In this document: piece after piece, positions 22,401-31,186 of the stretch
Numbering within the stretch: position 1 is the stretch's first letter
Layout: the number at the start of each line of letters is the position of its first letter
NCBI GenBank assembly: GCA_950097015.1
Contig: CATNEN010000008.1
Span: 1,674,001 to 1,738,000, forward strand
Reading direction: 5' to 3'
Source of the DNA: Macrostomum hystrix
Lineage: Eukaryota; Animalia; Platyhelminthes
Length of the DNA stretch: 64,000 nt
Translations under genes and position numbers: made by a program
Notes under the pieces: generated by a model
The model's database searches: none
Told to the model about the DNA's origin: nothing
What the model saw: the letters and a program-made list of their open reading frames with translations, nothing else

Positions 22401-22987
22401 CGGCGGCCGGCGATGGAGGGCGCTTGGCGAGGCGGCTGGTGAACCGGGCACAGCCAGCTTGGGGCGCCGCGGTATCTGGAGCGGCCGCTGCAGCTGGTGG
22501 CCGCGTGGCAGGCGGCTGGGCAGCCAGGGGCGCTGCAGAGGGTAGGCTGGGTTCCCTGACGGATGGGGCCCCGGCAGCTCGCACAGTGCCGAGAGACTGA
22601 GGTCGGTAGCGGAGCCGGAGCTTGGCTTGGCCGGGCAGGGCCCGGCGCCCGATTTGCGTTGTGGTTCGGGCAGAACCACGGCAGGGACTGGGCGGCTCTA
22701 GACTGGCCGCTACAGCATTTCTGCCGGTGCGACTTGGCGTCGCAAGGTACGAAGCTGCAGGCGAGCCACGGGCAACCCTGGCGGAAGAGCTTCCCGCAGC
22801 TGGAGCAGCTTGGGCCGGGGTTAGGGTGGATGTCTCCGGCCCGGAGCAGCAGATCTAAAAGGTTGAAGTCCCCGTCACCAGTCCAGCCAGGCCGAAGGCC
22901 TGTGCCGAGGTGTCCGAGGTTGAGCACTTTGGTAGGCCCCAGGGTGTTAGCCTGGGATCCCGGTCGCCGCGAAGAGGCAGTGCTCAT
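19445..22987 (-). CDS. Ingi polyprotein: 2A-like peptide, 3 PHD-like fingers, APE endonuclease, reverse transcriptase, partial RNase H
   Basis: Motifs: GDIHPNPGP; three Cys/His clusters; LQWNADG/QETKL/GDLNAH/SDHLPI; PQGSVLAP/YADDV; YTDGSA/EELQA/TDSRAL. The APE-RT linker is shortened in frame. The ORF stops where WVPGH should follow. Confidence 0.92.
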   Translation of the reverse strand: MSTASSRRPGSQANTLGPTKVLNLGHLGTGLRPGWTGDGDFNLLDLLLRAGDIHPNPGPSCSSCGKLFRQGCPWLACSFVPCDAKSHRQKCCSGQSRAAQSLPWFCPNHNANRAPGPARPSQAPAPLPTSVSRHCASCRGPIRQGTQPTLCSAPGCPAACHAATSCSGRSRYRGAPSWLCPVHQPPRQAPSIAGRRLLAPPPPRPVGTIPRSCQGCAKCFARTITPLTCSSCSSLFHQACSGLSRGAAASATRRAGWNCSDCSQRSSRPPPRASPPAADKHEPHPGTSRDKLRILQWNADGLSPKVAELEHCLYGADVDIVAIQETKLRSPHATPSIRGFSAIRQDRADGRPGGGLLFLVHESVIFTRTAAPTAPAPAEALAIRVRLSAKRWITIHNVYCPPSRDGPVPADWAWLPDLTDTVLCGDLNAHSPLWDSEQPPDQQGELLEDWVTSNPVSLLNDGSATRVNRGTGGSSTPDVSLVHQTWSDRCSWSTGEDLGSDHLPIFITVASRVDTIRRRDGRPRWRRIGVDWGAFSAAVEETLPAIDPTASLKTQAVQLKDTIIAAAQQFVGKSAPPLGPRALSALLNIFNLSFRLGQTPQCWRTATIIPLLKSGKPASAISSFRPISLTSCVGKLLERMVHARLYHLAETRGWLSPTQAGFRQLHSCEDLVLRVTQLISDGFQARPALRAVMALLDYSRAYDRVWRERLLLSMHHKGIPGHFLRWTGGFLLNRQARVDILGSQSRSFRLRQGLPQGSVLAPLLFLLYINEVVEVIPRGVSNSMYADDVALLAQHHDKSTAAQQLQVAVTAVAAWSSSRKMLLNVEKSEVAFFSTATQEAEWQPAVSIDNRQLPFNATPRFLGVFLDRVLSFSKHVTEVTRRVAARNRMLMCLAARDWGWCKESLRRCYLAMQQSVLNFAAPAWQPWLSDTVFDRLERAQNSALRIVTGQLRSSPLEALHAEAGLPTYRTTSLERALRLPDSHPARLAASGVTPHRLVRSSWRRAANLLAASLPPALASRAPFTRTDLPPWELSRAGWRVCCDLPGGLTKEESQPALRRAAVEAIRSHQGIVTIYTDGSAAEGTRNGAHAFAVTTGDPELPVAQFQASGRGHELTSSFQEELQAMSCALRWLADHGPEGQVTIATDSRALLTALDSLNPSVLPLCRLLNERRGPTTLQSR

Positions 22988-22995
22988 TGACCGGG
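22921..22995 (-). ncRNA. candidate HDV-like self-cleaving ribozyme at the Ingi 5' end
   Basis: P1 CCCGGUC/GACCGGG, P2 UGAGCAC/GUGCUCA, P3 GCC/GGC with L3 UCUUCGC, P4 CCCAGG/CCUGGG. The fold is 75 nt and starts exactly at the TSD boundary. Confidence 0.78.
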
Positions 22996-23129
22996 GCTGC
23001 TGCTGTTGCTACTGCTGCTTTTATGGCGGCGGCTGCTGTTTTCACAGCGGGCGCCGCTGCGGCTGCGGCTGCGGCTTCTCTTCTTGCAGTCTCGGGCAAC
23101 ATGCCTGAGACCGCAACATCGATGGCATA
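22984..23129 (-). CDS. CCHC zinc-knuckle + RS-repeat exon (SRSF7/9G8- or GRP2-like architecture), truncated by the Ingi insertion
   Basis: Acceptor tttttatttgcAG. Reads CHRCCGLRHVARDC (C-x2-C-x4-H-x4-C) then KKRSRSRSRS...SSSSNSSS. The current stop codon lies inside the LINE. Confidence 0.72.
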
Positions 23130-23222
23130 CTGCAAATAAAAAAACCAAAGTAAATAGAAAGAAATTCATGCACTCTATGAAAAAAATGCTCTATTCAAAT
23201 GATAACTAAATGGAAAACTAAC

Positions 23223-23698
23223 ATAAACGGCCAGCGCTGGCACCTCCACAAACACGGCCGCCACCGCGTACACCACCGCCTCGGTCGCCGCCACCACCGC
23301 CGCCGCCGCCGCCACCGCTGCCGTAGCCGCCACCGCTTCGGCCGTCACCGCCGCCTCGGCCGTCACCTCGGCCGTCACCGCCGCCGTCGCCGCCACCGCC
23401 GTAGACGCCACCGCCGTAGCCGCCACCGCCGTAGACGCCACCGCCGTAGCCGCCACCGCCGCCTTGACCCCCACCGCCGTAACCGCCACCGCCACCGCCG
23501 AAGCCGCCACCATCGCCGCGGACGCTGCCACCGCCGCCGCCACCAGCGTGGACGCCGCCACCGCCGCCTCGGCCGCCGTAGCCACCACCACCATCGCGGA
23601 CGCCGCCACCGCCGCCGCCACCACCGTGGACGCCGCCACCGCCGCCTCGGCCGCCACCTTGGACGCCGCCACCGCGGCGGCTAATGGTTACATTGATA
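23223..23698 (-). CDS. Gly-rich exon of an RNA-binding protein gene
   Basis: Acceptor ttttgttttgtgtAG and donor GTTAGT. Reads INVTISRRGGGG...GGYGGG...GRL. The phase-1 end fits the next exon across a 93-bp intron. Confidence 0.7.
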
Positions 23699-24423
23699 CT
23701 ACACAAAACAAAACTCGTACTTAATCAAACGAATAGAACACTTTCGAGCAAATAAAAAAACAAGAAATCACTTTTTAAATTACTCGTACGAGTACTGGAG
23801 ATAGTCAAGCAATTGAGAAATTTAGGGAGAACGATATGAAGCAGTGTAAAACAAAACAATACTTTGCCGCTCCGATTTTGTTTGCTGCCATTGAAAATGA
23901 GACTTTTGAGAAGCCTACTATTCAATGAACAGTCAAACACCCACAGGTATGTGAAACCATCAGATACGACTTTGCAGTGAACTATTGTGCCTTAGAATTC
24001 GGCTGAATATTTACAGCCTAATCATTATTGGCAAACCCATATTTGGTCACAGGCAGGATTACACAAAATAAAAAACTGGTCAAAAACGAAGGGGTTAAAT
24101 TTTGAATAGAAAGCGTGGGTATTCCTGCTGTGAACCAAACTCAAAGCGTCGGACATTGTTCAAAACTGTCGATAGCCACTTCATCAAAATGTTATTTTGC
24201 TGTTCATACACCTTACAGGTTGAATGATTTAAGCAAAAATGGAAATGATTATAATTATAATTAAATTGTTATAATTATTAAAATAATTAGGATAAATATG
24301 CCTAATATTTATTTTTATTATTGCTTTCATTTATAATGTTATATTATAAAATATAGTCATAAAATTTCGTTATAGTTGTTATATTTATTAACAGTTATTT
24401 ATATTGCCCATTGACCATTATTA

Positions 24424-26358
24424 GTATATTGTTATTATTTTTCCTTATCGTTATATTTCACTATATATTTCTTAGTCATGATTATTTATATGGAAATTAT
24501 GCTTTTATTATTGCTTTCATTTATAATTTTATATCATAAAATATAGTCATATAATTTAGTTATAGTTGTTTTATTTATTTACAGTTATTTATATTGCCCA
24601 TTGACCATTTATAAGCATACTGTTTTCATTTTGCCATAAAATTTTTCATTTGGGATGGTTTAATAAATTATGGATACTTTACAAGCACATGAAAACTTAC
24701 TGCTACTCACTTTCTTGTGCAGATTGAAAGCAACTTAAAGAGATAGTACAACACTGTTTTATCGGTATCCTTCTGTATATCAAATAGAAATATAGCAATG
24801 TAAACAGCATAATTAGACTCATCGTAGCTACAAACTTAATGTCGAAATGCCTTCTTATGTGACGCAGAAAATTGCGCACAAAATACTTTGATTGCAAAAT
24901 TAGTATATTCGTTAAAATTTGTGATAAACTAAATCGCATACGCCAAAATTTAAAATTAATACAACGAAGAAAAGCGAAAATTATCCACAATGAAACAACT
25001 CGAATAACCTAAAATTCAATGAAAAACGTTTAGAAAATACTTTTATGTGCTGTATATATGCCAAAGCGTACTACGTTACTATGTTTTCAATGCTAGACAT
25101 AAACTTTTGTTATACCAACGTTTTTAAATATTTCAAATAATTCAGACTTATAAAAAAATGCTAATTTTCACCTTTATTCCTATTTTTACAACTATTTCGA
25201 ATTTTCCCAGAACACACGATACATACATTCGATGTAGAATTTTGAGGCGCACAACGTTTACTCCGAGGTACTAAGCGTCTTATAGCGATGCAAAATTCAA
25301 TTTTTGGCCTAACGACAAAAACAGCCAAAAATGGACCCGAAAACACGATATTTTTTTTTGGGACCGATTTTAAAAGTTACAATAACATCTTTTGAAAAAC
25401 CTGAAGTGCCACTTCTTATACAACACCTACACATATTATTTGACACCGTTTTCAGCTAAATTAATGCGTTTGCCTCAATTCCAGACCAAATTTGCCGCAA
25501 ATTTTTACCTGTACAGGTATACAATCGGGTATTGACGCTTACCTGTTATGAGATGACACAAGTGTTATGCGTCATTTTATTGCCGCATTAAAGTGTTACT
25601 AAACGACGCCTCACTCAATGTCTTAAAATAAAGTGTTCAAAAGTTACACTAAAAGGAGTACCTTAAATTGTGAAGCCACCCGTGTGTCGTGATCACAGGT
25701 GATCTGACCTGTACAGGAAAAACGAATTTTCACGGCTTAACTGAGGTGTACATAATTAGCCAAAATATGTTGTCATTGGGGGCAAATAGGTTAAATTGGG
25801 CTAAATAGTAATATGTTTTTCGAGCGTAAAATTTTTCATGTCGAAAAAGTGCAAAAAACTGCAAAAACAACGTTTTCCACCTTTGACCTCATTTGGATCA
25901 ACAATAGTTCCACGCAGAGCTTAATTTTCAATATAAACTTTTGTCTACACACCTAGTTCTACGAGTCTGAGCAGTTTTCTGCAATTTTAGAGCGACTTTC
26001 TTACTTTTGTACTATCGTGTACAAGTACATGTATATGTACACATGTACATGTACAAATTTGAATACTGTACGAACAGAAAGTGCACATATGTACTTATCT
26101 CTAGCGTCAAATGAAAGTTCATCTAAAATGTAGTTCAGCGACACCAAGCTCATAATTGTGCGATGCAGGAGAAAAAAGTTGTACGACGATATGTTTATTC
26201 GAATTCATGTCCCTCAGAGTGCCGTAATTTGTGTTTTTCGAACCACAGCAAATAACCGTAACATATTAAGACAAATCAAGATGTACATATTGTGTGCATA
26301 TTTGTTGTGCATCTTAGCTATGCAGTTTCCTGTCATCAGCATATCGTGGATTCTTATT
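24424..26358. repeat. left arm of a ~1.9-kb near-identical inverted duplication
   Basis: The reverse complement matches 27517-29308 and, beyond the Crypton and foldback insertions, 35793-35975. Confidence 0.92.
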
Positions 26359-27516
26359 TTTTGGACATTTGTAGATCGAAAAATGACGAAAAATGACGAA
26401 AATCATGTTTTCCGGGTTTACAACCCCACAGCACATAAACAAAACACTCAATCGGTCTGAAACCAACTTTTCCATATAGATCTCATCCAGATTAAGTAAA
26501 ATACGTACCGAATTGGCTCGAGCTAACTGTCCTTGCGTACTCGGGAACGGTTCGAATAGCACCCCAGTCAGAGTGTACAGGTAGAGAACAGGTGCAATTT
26601 ACCTGTAAAAGTGCAAACCTGAAAACATAACCCTACTCAAATGTTAGGCCCAGGTATGCTGTATTCAATCAAGCAGCTCAAAGTCCGCGCTGTCGCGCGT
26701 CCTTTGAGCTGCTTGATTTCAAAAATTGAAAAAATGCACATTTTTTGACCCTTAAAAAACAGTTTTTCGACCAAGTCAGCCAAAAGATAGGGAGCAATAA
26801 AAAACCAATTACATACCTTTGTAGGGTTTGAATGCCCGCGTCGGCTGACTTCAGTCACTTGGCGGCACCATATTGTGGTTCCTTATTTTTCGAGATCACA
26901 TTTTTCGAGGCACCCGAAAAAATCGAGTTTTCGGTTGCCATGGCAACCAAGATGCGTCGCCATGACAACCGGACAGACTCGGATCGATAGCCCTGGGTCT
27001 TTTGCACATGCCAGTAAAAGCTATTAGTAATTCCATCAACCTGGTGCAGAGCTGTAAGCTTTTCAATTTCAAAAACGTCGTTATATGCTTTTCCGCCCAT
27101 CCTCCATCTGAAGAAGATTCGTTCGCACTAACCAAATTCCCAGAGTAAAAGTCTCGCTTCGCTCGACTTTTCCTCTGGTCTCTTTGGTTTGAGCTCTCTC
27201 ATCTTAACTAGAGTTGCCCAGTCAATTACACAATTTGAATAACTCCTTTTTAGTTCTATTACAGCTTGGCTTTGTCTCAATAGGGAGGTATGAAATAAGT
27301 AAGACACTTTAACGATAATATGTAAGACACTGTTTAACTCGCGAGTGAGCGCGGAACTCCGGTTGTCTTTCTCCTAAAATTCCCTCTATATTTATAGGAT
27401 CACATTGGGGTGGCGTACCCCACTAAAACACGGAACCATTTAAACAAAAATTATACGGCAACATTATTTCGCGCCAATTTGATTTTAAAATGTTTTGATA
27501 ATTATTACGCTGCCTC

Positions 27517-29308
27517 AATAAGAATCCACGATATGCTGATGACAGGAAACTGCATAGCTAAGATGCACAACAAATATGCGCACAATATGTACATCTTGAT
27601 TTGTCTTAATATGTTACGGTTATTTGCTGTGGTTCGAAAAACACAAATTACGACACTCTGAGGGACATGAATTCGAATAAACATATCGTCGTACAACTTT
27701 TTTCTCCTGCATCGCACAATTATGAGCTTGGTGTCGCTGAACTACATTTTAGATGAACTTTCATTTGACGCTAGAGATAAGTACATATGTGCACTTTCTG
27801 TTCGTACAGTATTCAAATTTGTACATGTACATGTGTACATATACATGTACTTGTACACGATAGTACAAAAGTAAGAAAGTCGCTCTAAAATTGCAGAAAA
27901 CTGCTCAGACTCGTAGAACTAGGTGTGCAGACAAAAGTTTATATTGAAAATTAAGCTCTGCGTGGAACTATTGTTGATCCAAATGAGGTCAAAGGTGGAA
28001 AACGTTGTTTTTGCAGTTTTTTGCACTTTTTCGACATGAAAAATTTTACGCTCGAAAAACATATTACTATTTAGCCCAATTTAACCTATTTGCCCCCAAT
28101 GACAACATATTTTGGCTAATTATGTACACCTCAGTTAAGCCGTGAAAATTCGTTTTTTCTGTACAGGTCAGATCACCTGTGATCACGACACACGGGTGGC
28201 TTCACAATTTAAGGTACTCCTTTTAGTGTAACTTTTGAACACTTTATTTTAAGACATTGAGTGAGGCGTCGTTTAGGAACACTTAAATGCGGCAATAAAA
28301 TGACGCCTAACACTTGTGTCATCTCATAACAGGTAAGCGTCAATACCCGATTGTATACCTGTACAAGCAAAAATTTGCGGCAAATTTGGTCTGGAATTGA
28401 GGCAAACGCATTAATTTAGCTGAAAACGGTGTCAAATAATATATGTAGGTGTTGTATAAGAAGTGGCACTTCAGGTTTTTCAAAAATGTCATTGTAATTT
28501 TTTAAAATCGGTCTCAAATAAAAAAAATTGATATCAAGTTTTCGGGTCCATTTTTGGCTGTTTTTGTCGTTAGGCCAAAAAGTGAATTTTGCATCGCTAT
28601 AAGACGCTTAGTACCTCGGAGTAAACGTTGTGCGCCTCGAAATTCGACATATTAGAATTCTAATTCGAAATTCCTCGAATGTATGTATCGTGTGTTCTGG
28701 GAAAATTAGAAATAGTTGTAAAAATAGGAATAAATGTGCAAATTAGCATTTTTTGTAAGTCTGTGTAATTTGAAATATTTATAAGCGTTGGTATAACAAA
28801 AGTTTATGTCTAGCATTGAAAACGTAGTAACGTAGTACGCTTAGGCATATATACAGCACATAAAATTATTTTCTAAACGTTTTTCATTGAATTTTAGGTT
28901 ATTCGAGTTGTTTCATTATGGATAATTAAATTTTCGCTTTTCTTCGTTGTATTAATTTAAAATTTTGGCGTATGCGATTTAGTTTATCACAAATTCTAAC
29001 GTATATACTAATTTTGCAATCAAAGTATTTTGTGCGCAATTCCCTGCGTCACATAAGAAGGCATTTCGACGCAGGGAATAAGAAGGTTGTAGCTACGATG
29101 AGTTTAATTATGCTGTTTACATTGCTATATTACTATCTGATATACAGAAGGATACTGATAGAACAGTGTTGTATCTCTTTAAGTTGGTTTCAATCTGCAC
29201 AAGAAAGTGAGTAGCAGTAAGTTTTCATGTGCTTGTAAAGTATCCATAATTTATCAAACCATCCCAAATTAAAAATTTTATGGCAAAATGAAAACAGTAT
29301 GCTTATAA
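27517..29308. repeat. right arm of the inverted duplication (continues at 35793-35975)
   Basis: Reverse complement of 24612-26358. The short ORFs MRCRRKKLYDD... and MRFSLSQILT... appear on opposite strands in the two arms. Confidence 0.92.
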
Positions 29309-31186
29309 GTATATGTTATTCCCCACTTGTTTTATTTATTTTGGTCGTAAGCGGCTGAGGACGCGTTTATTGGCCGAGGCGAAGCCGAGGCCAAATAAAC
29401 GTGGCCGAAGACGGTTACGGCCATAGATAAGTCAAACAAGTGGGGAATGATGTATTTATTACTCAGTTCGTGTCAAGCGAGAGGAAAGTTACGATGAAAT
29501 CCGGCAACGTACTTACCAGCGACTTATCCAGCCAAAAAACCACAATGAGTATTCCTGACGACTTACTTGACTTGACTCTGCCGGACATGGATTTTAATCT
29601 TGACCTGTTCATGGTGGCCGAAGGCGACAAACAACGTGATGGAGTGGTTTCGAGTCGGCATGCGATGATGAACGAGTTGGAGTTGAATTTGCAACTGGAG
29701 AAAGCGATACCAGAAAATACTAAAAAGAAGGCTGATTGGATCGTCGGCGTATTCAAGAATTGGCATGAGCAGAAGAAGACTGCTTGGTCAACGGGTGGTG
29801 GTCCATCATTAATGGTCCTGAAAGATCTCTCGGAGATGACGAAGCCAGATCTGAATTTTCTTCTGAAGTACTTCGTAATGGAAGTACGCAATCAGGATGG
29901 AGAACGGTACACTTCCACCACTCTCAAAGACTTTGTGTCCATGATTCAATGGTACTGGCAAAATGTGTTGAAACAAAACTGGTCAATCTGGAGGGACGAC
30001 GCCTTCCGGGAAACCCGTGTCGCATTGGATGCGGCTATGAAGGTGGCTACCAGAGAAGGCAAAGGTGCTCGCTTGAACAAGGCTGAAACAATTCCAAATA
30101 CGATTGAGTACAAACTATGGGCTGATGGTGTGCTGGGTGTGACGACGCCGCGCAGCCTACTAAACGCCGTCGTGTGGCTGTTAGGGAAACATTTTGCCCT
30201 GCGTGGCGGTGCGGAACTACGTGACCTAGAATTTGACAGGCAGATTCAACTGGAGTCTGTTGGATGCCACGAGTGCATCGTCTACAGAGAAAATTGCGTG
30301 ACCAAAACCAATCAAGGCGGTCTGAAGGGATTGCTCCGTGACCCGAAGGTAGTTCGTGCGTTTCATACGGATAATCATGAACGCTGCCCAGTGTGTATCT
30401 ACAAAGAGTACACGACAAAGCGTCCTCCTAATAGCGAAGCCGCCTTGTTCTTGGCGGTGAATCGGTCGTGGTCGCCTGGTTCAGCCTGTTCATGGTTCAT
30501 GCGATCTCCTGTCGGACGGCACACTCTCGCAGAGACAGTAAAGACATGTGTCAAACTAGTTGCACCTGAGGATACCAGCAAGTATACCAACCAGAGTTTG
30601 CGCAAAACGGCTGCAACAAGACTTCATGAAGCCGGTGTCGAACGTGCCGACATTTGTCGCGTCACCGGCCACAGCTCCTCGGCTCTTGAAAGGTATATCG
30701 GTCAATCCGTGACTAAGCAGAAGGAGGCCTCGGCAATCATTGCCGCAAGAGAAGTGAACCAAGTGACAAACATCAACGCTGGTGGAGATTCCATGACGCA
30801 CATAGTCTGCCAGAGCCAGGCCTCTGCCGTCATTACTACCACTGGAGCTACTACTGCTACCTCTTCTAATGTTGTTGCCCACCAAGGACAACAGTCAACT
30901 GTCGCCGTCAACTCCGACAGTCCTAGTCCTAAGAAGATGCGAATCGAGATCTGTGGCGAATCGAATAAGGTCACGATTACTTTCGATTAACAATTTTCGT
31001 TTTTGAGAACTCAATGACAAAAGTGCAGTACTTCGTTCGTTCTTCGTTTCTTACACGTTATTTCGTTCAAACAGAAACTCTAAAGTACTCGGGCCAATAA
31101 ATAATTTATTGTCCCGGCCAAATAAATTTCTCTCGCATCAAATAAATGCTTTCCTTAGTCTATGACCGGGCCTAACTGGGCAATAA
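29309..31186 (+). mobile_element. Crypton (tyrosine-recombinase DNA transposon), apparently complete
   Basis: The empty site gcttATAA|atggtcaatggg is seen at 24596-24615 (minus strand). The element is bounded by ATAA on both sides with no long TIR, and has a 5' palindrome at 29318-29449. Confidence 0.88.
29440..30990 (+). CDS. Crypton tyrosine recombinase (DUF3504-type), uninterrupted ORF
   Basis: IPENTKKK..W...F..W, FVMEVRNQDGERY, FALRGGAELRDL (R), TKTNQGG (K), CPV, PVG, TNQSLRKT (Q at the HxxR His), VTGH (H), LERY (Y). The true start is probably the ATG at 29493 or 29545. Confidence 0.92.
   Translation: MGNDVFITQFVSSERKVTMKSGNVLTSDLSSQKTTMSIPDDLLDLTLPDMDFNLDLFMVAEGDKQRDGVVSSRHAMMNELELNLQLEKAIPENTKKKADWIVGVFKNWHEQKKTAWSTGGGPSLMVLKDLSEMTKPDLNFLLKYFVMEVRNQDGERYTSTTLKDFVSMIQWYWQNVLKQNWSIWRDDAFRETRVALDAAMKVATREGKGARLNKAETIPNTIEYKLWADGVLGVTTPRSLLNAVVWLLGKHFALRGGAELRDLEFDRQIQLESVGCHECIVYRENCVTKTNQGGLKGLLRDPKVVRAFHTDNHERCPVCIYKEYTTKRPPNSEAALFLAVNRSWSPGSACSWFMRSPVGRHTLAETVKTCVKLVAPEDTSKYTNQSLRKTAATRLHEAGVERADICRVTGHSSSALERYIGQSVTKQKEASAIIAAREVNQVTNINAGGDSMTHIVCQSQASAVITTTGATTATSSNVVAHQGQQSTVAVNSDSPSPKKMRIEICGESNKVTITFD

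Larger units (their letters stand above)
18648..22995 (-). mobile_element. Ingi-clade non-LTR retrotransposon, 5'-complete, internally deleted and disrupted
   Basis: 13-bp TSD GCTGCTGCTGTTG (18638-18650 and 22996-23008), (CAA)n 3' tail, and one ORF with PHD-like fingers, APE, RT, RNase H and a C-terminal CCHC. Confidence 0.92.

Noticed and set aside
23175-23724. Ala/Val-rich and Arg/His-rich ORFs overlapping the Gly-rich exon
   Set aside because: These are alternative frames of a GGC repeat. Only the Gly frame has phase-compatible splice sites.
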